From the NCBI GenBank assembly GCA_002633005.1, contig NMRA01000042.1, positions 638,858 to 702,857 of the forward strand: 64,000 nt of DNA, in the 5' to 3' direction. The position numbers were made by a program, and so were the translations under genes. This DNA comes from Phoronis australis. Taxonomy: Eukaryota > Animalia > Phoronida. The notes under the pieces were generated by a model that made no database searches, was not told the origin of the DNA, and saw only the letters and a program-made list of their open reading frames with translations. Below, piece by piece: positions 40,260-53,673 of this stretch. The number at the start of each line of letters is the position of its first letter. The stretch's first letter is position 1.

Positions 40260-43200
40260 AGCAAGGGAGATCTTGAGGAGGGCAGAAGGCAAGATCGCCC
40301 GATCTTGTGAAATTTCCCCCTCACCTACTCATCATCAGGGCATCTCAGGGATCAGTATAAGAGAGAACCTACAAGAACCCTCTAGCTAATGCTTCATACC
40401 TGTTGGGATTTGAACACCCTGTTACCACAGTATCTGTACTGTTGCGACTGTCCTCTTTTGTTTGGGTATTAGGGAACAGAGATGGATGCCCATGGTTAAG
40501 CACTGCCTACAGTTATTAAATTTTTTACACCCAGTTCAGGCCAGTTTTGGCCCTGCGTTCTATAAACACTGAATCTCTCATAGTGGGATGTGAAATTCAT
40601 TCAGAACAGTTGCTGTTTATTCAATTGTGTTAAAAGTGTTACATGTAGAGTAAAATTTCAGTAAAAATCTACATAACAATGAATAAGCAGTACTAGAATA
40701 ACTAAGTAAAATTGCTATATACTAGGGATATTCAGTAAAAAGGATTAGAACAAAACTTCTAAATGTATAGAATTCAGATGACGAGAGACTAGCTTACTTG
40801 GGTTAATTAGTTCCTGAGTTTTTCGTACAAACTCCCGAACTTGAGGTGTGAATGAGAGTTTTTCATCTAACACTATACCAAGATGTCTGTGCGACTGTTT
40901 TCTAGGAATGATTACATCATTAACTTTAAGATTATAAAATGGGTCAACAAGCACGAGAGCGTTTGGAGAAGGTGAGGTCAATGCTTTTTTCTGGTTTAAA
41001 ATTCATTCTCCATTCTTGTGACTAATAGCTGAGTTTATTTAAGTCATGTTGAAGCTGCAAAGAACTTTCAGGGCTGCTCCCTGTGAAGGGGTCAAAAAGT
41101 GCCGTGTCATCTGCATAAAGGTATGTGCTACATGACAGGTTATCAGGAAGGTTATTGATATAAACCAAGAAGAGAAGAGGGCCCAATACGCTACCCTGCG
41201 GTACACCTGCATTTACAAATCCAGGAGGGGATAAAGTTGAAAATACGCCGTCGACACGAACACTGTATGTTCTATCGGAGAAATATGAGGTGATCATGTT
41301 TAAAAGATTACCAGTAATGCCATAGGATCAAAGTTTGTGAAGTAGGTCATGAGGGACACAGTCGAAAGCAGAAGCTATATCTAGAAAAATGGACTTGACA
41401 CTCTCGCCCTTCTCAAAATGTAAATGAATCTCATGTACTACCGTAAACGTTTGGGTAAACGCCCATGCTCAGTTCACCGCCCACCCCCTACTTTAGGTGG
41501 ATTTTCGATTTAACTGCCCACTGCTCGCTTAAGTGCCCCCTGCAATTTTTGAAGATTTCCAGTTCAGCGCCCACCTCTCGGTTAAGCGCCCATCCCCGAC
41601 TTTTAAAGAATGAAGATTTAGCGCCCAGTGATAAGGAAACGCGCGATTCCCCGACTTTGAGAAAAAAGATCGATGATCACAATGAGCGCAACGATGCCGG
41701 GCCTCCGACACGGTGGTTCAGCAATGTGTATTTACCTTGACTCACTTCAAAATTTAATACTTTATTGTCTTTGTCACTTTATTTTCTTCCCATGTTTGCA
41801 AAGTTTAAGAACGCCGCTGGCATCAAAACCTCTGCTTTCAGCGACTTTGTCTGCCGCGCTGAGTTTCCGTCTGCAGTGCACTAGATAAATCATATATTCG
41901 AAAAAATAAGGCCACAGAAAAGTGACAATGGTTTTGACAACCCTACAAATTCTCTTCAGGTGGGAAGCTCTGCATTTTGAAGAAATCTCACAACTCACGG
42001 AAAGATGTCAAATTCTCAATATTTTGACAAATGGGTTATAGAAGATGCGTGGCGACCGAAGGGACAGTACAAGTGCCTTACTGGGTTACCGATTTCTTTG
42101 CTGCCTATAGATTTCTGAATTCAAAGGCAGGCAATAATGTATGTTTGAGTATGATCTTGAGGTAATAAAAACTGCTACTCAAATTTTGTTTTTCGCTTAT
42201 TGCATCTCAGTCAAACTGGCGTTAGCAGATTGAACTAATGTCGTTGGCTGTTCGTTACTATTTCTTGCGTCAGCCCCCATGTAAGCATGACTGTGAATTA
42301 TCGTTTCCTCATCAATTTCCCTTTTTATTCATCCAGAATAATTTTGTTTACACATTGGCCAGTTTCAGCCTGAACAAAAATTCTCACCATTCCAGTCTGA
42401 CATATCTACAACGTAGACTGACTGAAAATTGGCGATAGTGGGTAGGAGGTGCAAGCAGCTAGTTACGGGCATGGGCATAGGGGGCATCGAGCCCGGAAAT
42501 ATGGGAATAGACTTGACATTGAAGTTTTGGGGAACACTGGCAACGGATGAACATCGTAAAGAACTGGGTCTTATGAATAAGAGCTTAAAAGTACATAGTC
42601 ACGCCCGTTTCTGTTACTTAGGACTGTCGCAATTTTCTTTTGATGTGTGACTTTGTAGTGGTGCACTCGCGCAAGTTCCCAAACTTTGGAGCGCATGTTA
42701 CCTTGACACCAACATGTGATTGACAGGTGACTCACATGTAGGCCCTACGTGCGTGCCGAATTACGCCGCTATCTTTGGCCAGAAAAAACGAGATGCATAT
42801 TGAAAGAGGCCGTTGTATATTACTTGACGGCATTTCCAAATCACGATTGTCAGCCGACTGGGACATTGCACGCTAACAGCACGACCGAACAGTGCCGCAG
42901 TGCAATATTGTAGGTGATATAAATAGGGTAATCTGGACATCTTGCATGTAAAATAAACGTTTTTCCACCACAAAGTTTGGTAAAGTGATCGTTTAAGAAT
43001 TAATTGAAACATCGCTGTTTTGTGACGTTTTATCACAGTGCCGTGGCTCGAAATTTCATTCTTGATTGACGAGTGGCTCACGGCCGCTTAACCCTGATTC
43101 TTGTCTTACTTCTTTGCCGAGCATGTTTGGCGCAACGGCAAGTGAGCAACGCCGGGCAGTCGAGATCAAACAGCTAGCCGCAGAACCATACGCTGAAAAT

Positions 43201-43950
43201 GTCATTGAGTCACGGAGTGTCGACTGTAAACATCCGAAACACAAAAAAATCTGAATTAAGTATTTCAAACTTTTATTACAACTGCTCTCTGACTATGAAC
43301 TTGACAGCTTAAGTACGAGGTGACCTCTGCAACACGTGAAGCTTGCACGCGCGCACTTTAGCAAAGTCACATCTTGAAATAGTTGCAATCCAAGTAGAGG
43401 CTGCGTGGTCACTGGTCGTCTGCGCTCTACAGGGCAAAGTAACAAGACTGCAGGACGGCACGGGGCTATTACTCAGCAATTCTGTAAATTTAATAGTGAA
43501 TAACTAATCTGAGGGCAAGAGAACCTTTGTTGGGATCATCCGCTGTTATGACATTTTTCTCGTCATGTGGCGATATGACATTAAAGCTCTTTGAAAAGTG
43601 CTACGCGTTCCGAGTACGTGTGTGCTGTGGGGACTTGGATCACGAGGTAAGATTAACCGTCCAGGGCGGTTGCCTGTCGTAATAAGCGCCCATGTTCGAT
43701 TAACCGCCCACCCTGGATTTCTTGAAAAGTCACAATTAAGCGCCCATGTCTGGTTAACCTTCCACCCCCGATTTTTTGGGTTTGCCAATTTAACCGCCCA
43801 GGGCCCGAACATTTACGGTATTTCAACAAGTTGTCCCACGGTGCTGTTCCCACGCAAAAAAACAAATTGACGATGATAGATCAAGTTGTTTTGTTTGAGA
43901 AATATAAGAATAATTTGAGCAATGATCTAAAAATTGTGGTTACACCTTTT
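40260..43950 (-). mobile_element. Decayed non-LTR retrotransposon (CR1/L2/Jockey-like) RT fragment, interrupted at 41441-43818
   Basis: Across the insertion the frame reads ...RQF(G)FLRGNSTVGQLVEI|VHEI..SIFLDIASAFDCVPH..GVPQGSVLGPLLFLVYINNL..LYADDT..RHLGIVLDEKLSF, with stops and frameshifts. The 3' boundary is approximate. Confidence 0.8.
41441..43818. mobile_element. Longer copy of the same CCGTA-terminus element, inserted into a LINE RT
   Basis: TA|CCGTAAACGTTTGGG ... CCCGAACATTTACGG|TA. Both ends align with 27624-28773. Confidence 0.85.
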
Positions 43951-45602
43951 CGGAGTGCATCTTTCTACTGTCGCTGACTTTTGAGTATGATACTGTCCTG
44001 TATTCATACAGTGTAAATACGACCACACCGGTTAAATCCACCAGATATGTGCTCATTGTAAATGTATGTGCTTCAAGCACGCGGCTATTAAACATCACTG
44101 CAGAAACGCCCCTTGCATGACATGGCTAAAAATCGTTCACAGTCCGCCATTTTTTCACGGTATTGTAAACCTAACCAATGACTGCTGAGGTTACATCAAC
44201 CAATGCTAAAGCGCATGCCACTGCGTGATACCTGCGTGCTGGTTGGGCACGCATGGGACCAGCATGTTTTCTTTATTGCACTACGGAAACCGAGTGCTAG
44301 TGCGCAGCGCCACCGCCGGTCGACTGGGATATCACGCACATATCGACCGGGAGCACTATTAGCTCCGTTACGATTGCGCTGGTTGTCTGAATCGGACACT
44401 TGAAATCGGGTCTGAGCCCAACCCCCCCCCACACACAAATCTGCACACATTGCTAAATCTTGTTTAAGCCGTTTAATGTTCATTACCGAGGTTAATTAAT
44501 AAACTCAACATTTCCTCATGCTCTTGTTTTATTTTTTGTGGCAGCTAAGGGGGGGGCCGGGCCCTCTGGTCCCCCCCCTAAATCCACCTATGAACCAATG
44601 ACCCTGTTCTACTAAACTTAGGGAGAGAGTATGTTAACGCAAGTGCATATAATTTCACATTTTTATTATTTCCTTCCGTTTTGTACTCATTTACAATATA
44701 CTCCATGTATATGTTGAGATACATTCTAGTGAACAGTCTATTTTCAAACTGTATCTACTGAAGAAATTAACACATTTGTCCGTTACTCGCATTCTCACAC
44801 AAAAGCTTGAATCTGCCATTCACTGAAGTGCAGACAAGACAATTACACTCTGCCGGGAACGATATTTGTAACGTTGGTACTTGGTAGGTCTTTGATTTGA
44901 TTTGGTCGCATTGTTTTTTTTTTCAGTTTTTAACTTTCAAACTTGCCGAATCAACTTTCTTAATTGCAAAACAGGTAAAAGCTAGCGGAGCTCACGGCCA
45001 GACTCCTGCAAGTCAGCCCTTGTTCTATGTTCAGGTCAACTCGAGCTTACGTAGACTTGCTAGAGGGGGTTGTGGGTCGTGGGTCCAGGAGGTCATGAGT
45101 CGAGGGGGTCTTGAGGTGTGGGGGTCGAGGGGGTTTTAGAACAATACTCACCCAAGCTATGCGCCTGTATTAAAAAACATGCATATAATATATTTAAAAA
45201 ATATTCACCCCAGTATGCATAAAACACTTAACTTTATGGAAAAAAGCCAACAGGATAACACTATAACTGACAGCAATGTAAAGAGTGGTTTCCATCCTAT
45301 GTACTAATACCATATGATATTCACAAAAAGCAGAATAAAAGAAACCAGAGAAAATACTGTTACCCTGTCTTAAGACACCAAATTTTGTCAACTGCAAAAA
45401 TTATTCTTAATTACTAGTAGGACAATAAAATCTAATTACAGAAACAGCCCCTTATGAACTTTCCCGTAATTCACCTCTATGTGCGGTCATGATGGAAAGC
45501 TTCTCTTAAGATGAGTTCCACTTCTGTACTATACACTGATGCCACAAATGGTTTGAGGTTTCAACTGCTGTATCCAGCAATAACTGGGGCGGATGTAAGT
45601 GG

Positions 45603-48116
45603 TCAAAAACATTGGTTACAAACACCGTTTTTGATGGCGTCTGGAAGTTTCTGCCAGAAAAGATTTTGTCCAACTTCGTCACCTGTCCACTCAATGTAGG
45701 TTCTCTTACGTACCAAATGTCTCAGAATTGGAGTCATGAACTTAGGAGGAACATCTTCCATCATTATAATAATGATATGCTGCTGAGCCTTAATATCATT
45801 TTCAAGACAGTTGGCATGAGCCAGACTGAGCTCAAAATTACACCAACTGTTCATAGCAAAATTTGTAGTCAGAACAATTAAAATTTTTCGACTGTTTTGA
45901 ATAGCTTCGTCAATGTTTTCTACTTTTGACTTCCCAAGTTCAAAATCTCTATCCTGAAGACAAACCCTAAATCCAAATTCGTCTTCCAGTTTTGGACGAA
46001 GCATTTCCAAAACCCAATCCATATCATCTTCACAATATGTAACAAAACAGTCATACTGATAAACAAGGCGCTCATCTTCTCTCGCTAAATTCTTAGCAAA
46101 GCGTGATCTGAACAAAAACAGCCAATAGCGTATGTACCATCGATAATGATATCCCACTATGACAACAATGGTGACAAGAACAGCAAATGAACAAACAGTG
46201 GTTCCAGCAATAAATGGAGTTCTATAACAATAAAAAAATGTTGGGTCAAAGGTAAGCAAATTTTTCCTTTCAATTTGCTTAGGAGTAGCACATTTGTATT
46301 GCATGTACTTTCTGATAACGACTTTGACTCGCTCAGTTCTGATCATCGTACGAAGCCATTCAGTGTACCACTGAAGATCACAAGTACAATCATATGGATT
46401 ATAGTGAGCCTCAAAATGGCTCAGACCCTTGTCAAGAAAAGGCTGGAGAGATGACTGGTTGATGTTTCGTATTTTGTTTGAAGAAACATCCAATCTCACT
46501 AGGCTCATCATAGAGAATACAACAGGATTTATCTCATGTAACATATTGCCAGACAGTTGTAAGTAAACCAAACTGTGTAAATCTTGAAACATGTCCACTG
46601 GAAGCTTTTTCAAATTGACACCATGTAAATCCAGATGCTTCAGCCGAAACAATCCTCGGAATAAAGACGATCTCTTTAAATACGTGTGTTTGTGAAGACT
46701 AACGCCTGGCATTTTGAGAGATACAAGATGTGAGGGCTTACTAGCAAAATAAGGCTTGTTTTGGAATACTATAGGATTATTTCCAATGTTTACAACTTCC
46801 AATTTCGATAGGTGCCTCAAACTCTCTCGAAATATTTTTTTAATGCCATTTGTATTGAACTCCAGAGACTTTACAGAAGACAAATAAGCAAAGCAATCCA
46901 GTCCAATATCAGATACTATAGAATTATCTGCAAAAGAAATAACCTCTAGTTTCATTAGGCCTCTAAACGATTTTTTTTCAATAAATTTAATGGAATTGCC
47001 ATCTAAGTGAAGTCTCCGTAAATTTGGCACAAGACTGTGCTTGATCTTATCAAGTGAAGTAAAGGCTGGAAAAGTAAGTAATCTACAATTACGCATATCA
47101 AGAACTTCCAGAAAGACTAAACCCCAAAATGCTTCATTGCTCACAACAGTAAGTGGATTTTTGGTCAAATTTAAGAACCTTAGATGGTTTGTATAGTTGA
47201 AACCATAGCTCTCCAACTGTTTTATGTTGTTATCAGCCAAATCAACATTTCTAAGATTTGAAAAACCAACAAAAGCATGAGAGATATTTTCAATTTCCAT
47301 AGATTTCAAAATAAGAGTAGACACATTTGTTTGGCGGAGGGACAATATGACGTGTCTGAAATCCTTAAGTAGCTCATTACCACTAAGTATCACACGATCA
47401 AGTCTAGTCAAAGGAGAGAACGCTCGGGAACTTATGAGTTCGATCTGAGAAGATGATAAATCTAATGTACCTACTGGCGAATCTCTTAAATTGATAAAGA
47501 AAGAATCGCATAAGAGTCCAATTGGGTTCCCACTCAAATCTAAGTACCAAAGTTCTGTAAATTTTAAAAATGATGCAGAGAAAGATGATTTGTTTGCAAT
47601 TCTATTTGATGATAGGATTAAACTCTGCAAAGTCGTCAATGGACTGAGCTGCACAGAAGGTATCTCAGCAAGTGATGTCTTCGTCAGGTACAAAATCTTC
47701 AGTGACTTCAGTCCTTGAAATATCTGGGCGCTGGCCGTTGGCAAGTAGCGAAGAAGGTTTGATGATAGGTCTAAGATCTCCAGGTGCCCTAGCCCATTAA
47801 ACGCACCCACTTCAATTGTCATGTTGGTATAACAGTGGGCCAAAGAAAGATACTGTAGCTGATGTAGATTCAGAAATGAGTTCACGTTGAGTTCCTTGAT
47901 ATCATTGTACTTTAGAGACAAAGACACAGTGTCGGTAGGAATGCCTCTCGGGATGTCGTGTAGCTTGTGCTTACTTCTTCTATATGTATTACAGTTGACC
48001 GTTTTATTGTCATAGCAACGGCATCTTGGAGGACAATGAGCTGATACAGTAACTATCATTGACAATCCAAATGCAAGAAGCAGTGCTTGACAGTCCTTCA
48101 TCTTGGGTATAGGCAT
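45603..48116 (-). CDS. Toll-like receptor C (intronless, 837 aa)
   Basis: ATG at 48116, signal peptide, CPPRCRC LRRNT, LRRs, NPYDCTCDLQWY LRRCT, TM, and TIR with RDFELG. Confidence 0.95.
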   Translation of the reverse strand: MPIPKMKDCQALLLAFGLSMIVTVSAHCPPRCRCYDNKTVNCNTYRRSKHKLHDIPRGIPTDTVSLSLKYNDIKELNVNSFLNLHQLQYLSLAHCYTNMTIEVGAFNGLGHLEILDLSSNLLRYLPTASAQIFQGLKSLKILYLTKTSLAEIPSVQLSPLTTLQSLILSSNRIANKSSFSASFLKFTELWYLDLSGNPIGLLCDSFFINLRDSPVGTLDLSSSQIELISSRAFSPLTRLDRVILSGNELLKDFRHVILSLRQTNVSTLILKSMEIENISHAFVGFSNLRNVDLADNNIKQLESYGFNYTNHLRFLNLTKNPLTVVSNEAFWGLVFLEVLDMRNCRLLTFPAFTSLDKIKHSLVPNLRRLHLDGNSIKFIEKKSFRGLMKLEVISFADNSIVSDIGLDCFAYLSSVKSLEFNTNGIKKIFRESLRHLSKLEVVNIGNNPIVFQNKPYFASKPSHLVSLKMPGVSLHKHTYLKRSSLFRGLFRLKHLDLHGVNLKKLPVDMFQDLHSLVYLQLSGNMLHEINPVVFSMMSLVRLDVSSNKIRNINQSSLQPFLDKGLSHFEAHYNPYDCTCDLQWYTEWLRTMIRTERVKVVIRKYMQYKCATPKQIERKNLLTFDPTFFYCYRTPFIAGTTVCSFAVLVTIVVIVGYHYRWYIRYWLFLFRSRFAKNLAREDERLVYQYDCFVTYCEDDMDWVLEMLRPKLEDEFGFRVCLQDRDFELGKSKVENIDEAIQNSRKILIVLTTNFAMNSWCNFELSLAHANCLENDIKAQQHIIIIMMEDVPPKFMTPILRHLVRKRTYIEWTGDEVGQNLFWQKLPDAIKNGVCNQCF

Positions 48117-48166
48117 CAGAGTAATTATCCGAGGTAAGTCAGCTTCAGTCTCATGCCTTAGAGCAG

Positions 48167-48174
48167 TTTTTATA
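48167..48174 (-). promoter_or_regulatory. Candidate TATA box of TLR C
   Basis: TATAAAAA on the minus strand about 50-58 nt upstream of the ATG. Confidence 0.4.
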
Positions 48175-49305
48175 CATCAACAGAAATATCAGACAGCTTT
48201 CAAACCTCATTCCCCCAGTGAATCAGCATATTCAATTGAGAGTACTAAAGCAGTTTAGAAAAAAAACACATTAAAATACAATGCAATGTAAACTGAAACG
48301 CCAACCAGGAAAATAAATAACAGAAGGATATTGTGTGGAAACAAAGGGCGAGTACAAATCAGGTTCGTCACATGATGAGAAAGGTATTTTTAATAACGGC
48401 AAGGATTTGATCGTATGAAAAAAAAGCTTTTCGGCAGATTATGCCTCAGACTGATTAAATCATGAAAGTCACGTTTTTATAAGTACCTTTTGCACTAGGG
48501 ACACCTTACAAGACCGTTGATGTATTTAATTTATACCAAATCAAACAAATACTGCCGTAATCAAGCAGTCCTCCCCTCAGTTCCCCACATCGGCAACTGG
48601 CCATTTTTACATTGTTCGCGTATCTCCATAGCACAACACGCCAAAATGCTGGCTGCACATTTTGCGAGTCTCGTGTGTCCAAAGCCGTGGTACCCAGTAT
48701 TCACACAGAGGGTTTGTAAGTACACGCTTTTGGGGTTTTGAGTTTGAAATTATTGCAAGACTAGTTAACGGCCCAAAAGTTGGATCAGTGCTCTCTAACT
48801 GACAGTGTTGCACGAGACAAATCCTACGCTAAAATTTGGGCTTTTGGTACCCCAACACCTAAGCGAGCCTAAGACAGATCGTGACTAAGCCATCATAATT
48901 GATTCACAAATTAATGCTAGTTTCTTAGCCGTGATGCTGAAGAAAATCTCATTTTGCTAGTTTCTCCTATAATGCATCAATTTCAGATGGCTACTATTTA
49001 CTTTAATTTCAACTTTAAAGACAGTCACGTAACTTGGTTTTTTGCATTCCTAGTTCAATTTTTCACTTTGAAACTCGTATGCTAAACAGGTGTGTTGGTT
49101 TACAACGACAATTATCTCATCCAGCAAGTTCGGCCAAACTCATGAATAACAAGTACAATTTTTGACGGCGCCATCAAGCCTTTGGTGTGCCGAGAACTTC
49201 GCTGAATACTCTGGGGTAAACGGTGCACGCTTTTTCATCCACTTGCATGCAAACCTTGTTAGCATAAGATTTGCCTAATGTGCATCCCGGTAGCTAAGTA
49301 CGCAA

Positions 49306-49468
49306 CATGGGCGGATCCAGGATTTTGAGTTAGGGGGGGGGGGCCAGGGCAGAGTATTAGCCAGGAATTTGCCTGTCAGACATTGGTACTCCCGAACTGC
49401 CCAATGGAAGCTCGGAGAATTTTAGGGGGGCCATGGCCCCCTTGGCCCCCCCTCTAAATCCGCCACTG
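49306..49468. mobile_element. Short hAT-like MITE with a 5-bp TSD (same terminus family as 12503)
   Basis: TIRs CATGGGCGGATCCAG / CTAAATCCGCCACTG; TSD CGCAA at 49301-49305 and 49469-49473. Lone right ends of this family also occur at ~70-89 and ~44570-44592. Confidence 0.75.
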
Positions 49469-49659
49469 CGCAACACCCAGGCACTTAAAGATGGCCTGAA
49501 ATGTGGACAGTCTAGAAGATTTAGCTCACACATTGGGGACCTGTTCACTGAATAATTAATCGGAAGCCTTCAGATTTCCAAGACTTGCAAACTTTCCAGC
49601 TTTTTCTCGGCTTCGGCAAATCGACTTGACTTGAACTTACGCCAGGGACAAGGGTTCTT

Positions 49660-50137
49660 GAAAACAGTTCCATGATTTTCACTGAAAATTTCAATATTCA
49701 TTCACCAATCTCAAAAACTCTATAAGGATTTTCCTTTTAAATGCCTAGTTTTTGTGTACCGTAAGATAGATGAATACAGTTACTATTTTTACAAGAATTA
49801 GAATACCTTACTTTTTGCGAGTTAATTTGGGTATAGAAACAAAACTGAATGAGTAATCAAAAATTCCTAACAGTGTTTTTGAGGTAAATTATGAAGTTTT
49901 CATTTAAAAAGGGTGTCATTAAAATTGACCAAGGTTTTTTTGCTATGAACGTACCTCACCAAAAATCAAATTTGGCAAAGGTGTTAATATACTCTGGCTC
50001 ATCAATATAAATCATATTTATTTTTATAATCTCTGACCTTTTTTCTTTCAGAAAATACATACTTTTACTGGTGACAGCCAGTTTTTTGATATACGAGTTA
50101 GAATGGAGGTCACTAAATAAGGTTTGAGACAACCTTA
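49660..50137 (-). mobile_element. Inverted copy of the repeat at 32303-32830
   Basis: For example cctcaaaaacgctgttaggaattttcgattactc matches the reverse complement of gagtaatcaaaaattcctaacagtgtttttgagg. It ends in gagacaacc|ttaa. Confidence 0.65.
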
Positions 50138-52039
50138 ATCAAGTCAAGTCCTCTTTTTATGTGCACTCTGCGATGTTCCCACACTTCATTCGCTAGAGTA
50201 CGTTACATTGACAGCGGCATGCGAGTGGCACATGGCTCATATATGTGACAGTATTCAGCCCAAGAAACATTGGGACTTCAGAATTTCTTGGCAGCTTAAA
50301 ACCACTCTGCCAAAAGTCATAGTCGTTGTTTGGCAAGTAATAAGATTGGGTGTCTTTTCCGATAAAAAATGAGATACACAATGACAACATTTCAAGTCAC
50401 AATGGTCTGCGGGGACCTTGTGCGCAAAGCATGGGGCTGACCTGAGTGCCGCAGTGTGATATTGTCGGGGATATTGTTTATGGATAAACATGAGATCTCA
50501 CATGAAAAATAAATATTTTTTCTACCATTAAGTTTGGTGAGTTCATTGTTTTAAGAATTAATAAAGTGCTACTGTTTTATGAATGCGAGAATTTTTATTG
50601 TAATTTCAACAGGTAATCAGCTGCACAGGCTATGGTAAGTGTGGAAAGGTGCTGTGTAACAATGATGTCAGAACACTAGTCAACACTGATTGGTCACAAA
50701 GATAAAGTAGGTTTCCAACAGGGTAACATAAAATGAAAGGTATAACATGAGTTGTAATTAATTAGCGACAGCGGAGAATAGCCTATGAAACAAAGATATG
50801 TTGCACAAAAGTACACGTATTTAACACGTCTAAAAGGCATTTGGCCCATTACCTTACTTTAAGTCAATAATTGTCCTGTAATCACAAGCATACATAAAGG
50901 CCTAATTTCTCAAAGGTAAGAAAATTGAACATATTTCGCAACATGCAAAAAATGTAGAAACAAAAGAAAACAAAATTTACACATCAAATAAAGACCTATA
51001 ACGAGGTTGACAACTTGCAACTAGACCTAGTGTCCATCCCACTGTCGACCAACTATAATTCATTCCGAAGGCGAATGGCCTGAAATGCGGTTAATCTAAA
51101 AGATTTAGCTCACACAATGGGGACCTGTTCACAATTACAGAGGTTTTCACAGGCTTAAAGACCCTACATAACGGCCAAATGACTTTTGAACATGTTAAAT
51201 ATCTGTATCATTGATCGAAACAAACATATCATCCCTCCCTTTACTCCTGGCATTAGCTAATTACGCCAATTACTATCGTACGACCCCATCATGAACCCCA
51301 TTTAGCGCCGAAAAAAAACTTTAGGTGGCGCTCGTTCTAATCGACGCAAATGACGTCATCGTTGATACCCAATACCTATCGAACAGTCCGTTGCCTCAGG
51401 AAGCTTACCTTACGGTGTCTGGTGCATATTTCAAGTCACATATTTTCAAAATTACAACTGTTAGAGACAACCAAGCTCAAATACTATACGACACTTATCT
51501 CGACACTTCCACGTGCATATAATATCCTACAACTCACTGTCCCTTGATAGTTTAGCGTCGCCAAAGACAGTAGCGCGTTCTCGGTGGGGACCACTTACTC
51601 AGTTTAACATCAAATACTTATTCACAAAGACGTCCGGGTTTAATGAACAGATTTAACAAACAGGGTCCCTGCGTGCATTGGGGGACAGGTTTGCAATGAA
51701 TGGAGATTTGTCGGACCCACGGCGACATCCTGGCGGAATGCGTGTACCGGAGAATTAAATTTGTTTGTAGTCGCTCCGTGATAATTACGGGATTATGTCG
51801 GGGAGTGAGTCGGCGTTACACATCTTAACGAAGCAAAAAGCTCACTTGCAGCCCGATGAAAAAGAATGACCCGAGACTTTTCGCACTTGGGTTAGAAAAG
51901 TAAAGGCCTAATACCTTGCAATGGACGGACGTTCAATGAAAAGTACTGCGAAATGGAAGATTAAGAAAATGTAGGAACAACGTTTGGATGGATTAGCGCC
52001 GTGTATGTTCAAGCCAGAGGAATACGAGTAAGGGGAAAC

Positions 52040-52449
52040 NNNNNNNNNNNNNNNNNNNNNNNNNNNNNNNNNNNNNNNNNNNNNNNNNNNNNNNNNNNNN
52101 NNNNNNNNNNNNNNNNNNNNNNNNNNNNNNNNNNNNNNNNNNNNNNNNNNNNNNNNNNNNNNNNNNNNNNNNNNNNNNNNNNNNNNNNNNNNNNNNNNNN
52201 NNNNNNNNNNNNNNNNNNNNNNNNNNNNNNNNNNNNNNNNNNNNNNNNNNNNNNNNNNNNNNNNNNNNNNNNNNNNNNNNNNNNNNNNNNNNNNNNNNNN
52301 NNNNNNNNNNNNNNNNNNNNNNNNNNNNNNNNNNNNNNNNNNNNNNNNNNNNNNNNNNNNNNNNNNNNNNNNNNNNNNNNNNNNNNNNNNNNNNNNNNNN
52401 NNNNNNNNNNNNNNNNNNNNNNNNNNNNNNNNNNNNNNNNNNNNNNNNN
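52040..52449. other. Assembly gap (410 N)
   Basis: Run of N in the sequence. Confidence 1.
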
Positions 52450-53673
52450 AAACGTAGCTGTTGTAGGACCTTTTACGTGGGTGCAAATACTTCGAAAATT
52501 GGTTCGTCGTGGGTCGTGAGTGAATCGATGGCAGACCCTATCCGAGATCTACGCCGCTGTTCGGTTCGAAGGGTGCTTTGCCTGACACCATTGTTTTGCT
52601 TAGTAATATTGCATTATCAGTCGACATTGATGCCTAACGTCGGCGATGTTTCTAATTGGTGACGTTCCTTGAGCAAAACTACTTTGTTTTTTACTGTCCC
52701 AGCAGCCGATCAGGTGCTCACAACAGGTTGTGGTTAGCGCGGTAATGTGTTGCTCGTTCTCAACGATGATGTCAATAGGCCAGTCTACTGTGATTCGTCG
52801 AGAGAATAAAAGGGGTTTCTGATGGGGGCACATAATATGGGGGGCACAAAATGCGCAGTAATTAGTTAGTGGTTGTGTGGAATAAAACGAAACAAAGATA
52901 TGTTGCACAAAAGTACATGTATTTAACATATCTAAAAGGCAGTTGGCTCATTTTATAGGGACTTTAACGGTTGCATAATTTAGGGAGGAACAGGGTCAAG
53001 GATGCTGAAGGAATACAGTTTTGAAATCATAAAAATGGTGATGCAAACACATAAAAAGTTAGCATTTGATTGACTGCTACATCAAAAATATATCAAAAAT
53101 TGTCTGAAAATTGCTTTGCTTTATTTTATTACAAAATGTACACCAATGAACGTCAAAATACATATGTAGAGCTTACGAAAGTAAATATAGTATGTGGTCT
53201 GTGAAAATATCATTTTTTTTGTACATTTTTGGGGAAGGGGTCAGAAAACCCTAATAATGGCTATACTTTGCACATTAAATTGAATACAATAATGATAATG
53301 AAAGGTCCCCGACTGAATTCGCTGACTATACTCAGATCACAGAATAATAGACACTCGTCTTGAATTTGCATAAATGTAGGACAGAAAATGTACGGAATAC
53401 AGACAAAAACAGAAAACGGTTATGACAAACATCATCTTGGACATGCGCTCATAGGCAAAATTTCAACAAGTAAGCACCAAGTCACATATGCTTAAGACCA
53501 ATCAGCTTACAGACCAATCTGCTTTGCAGGGGACAATGGGCCCATTACTTTGAGAGTTCGATAGCCCATTGGAACAACAAAATGCAACTGATCCGATCAA
53601 CCACCATTTTCAAGAGTTAGCAATTGTATCAAAATACATCCATGGGACAATTCCAGACAGTGCTACACTAACA

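Noticed and set aside
40305-40345. CTGATGA...GAAA hammerhead-like core on the minus strand
   Set aside because: The intervening bases cannot form stem II.
51908-52519. 192-aa and 172-aa ORFs
   Set aside because: They consist mostly of the N gap.
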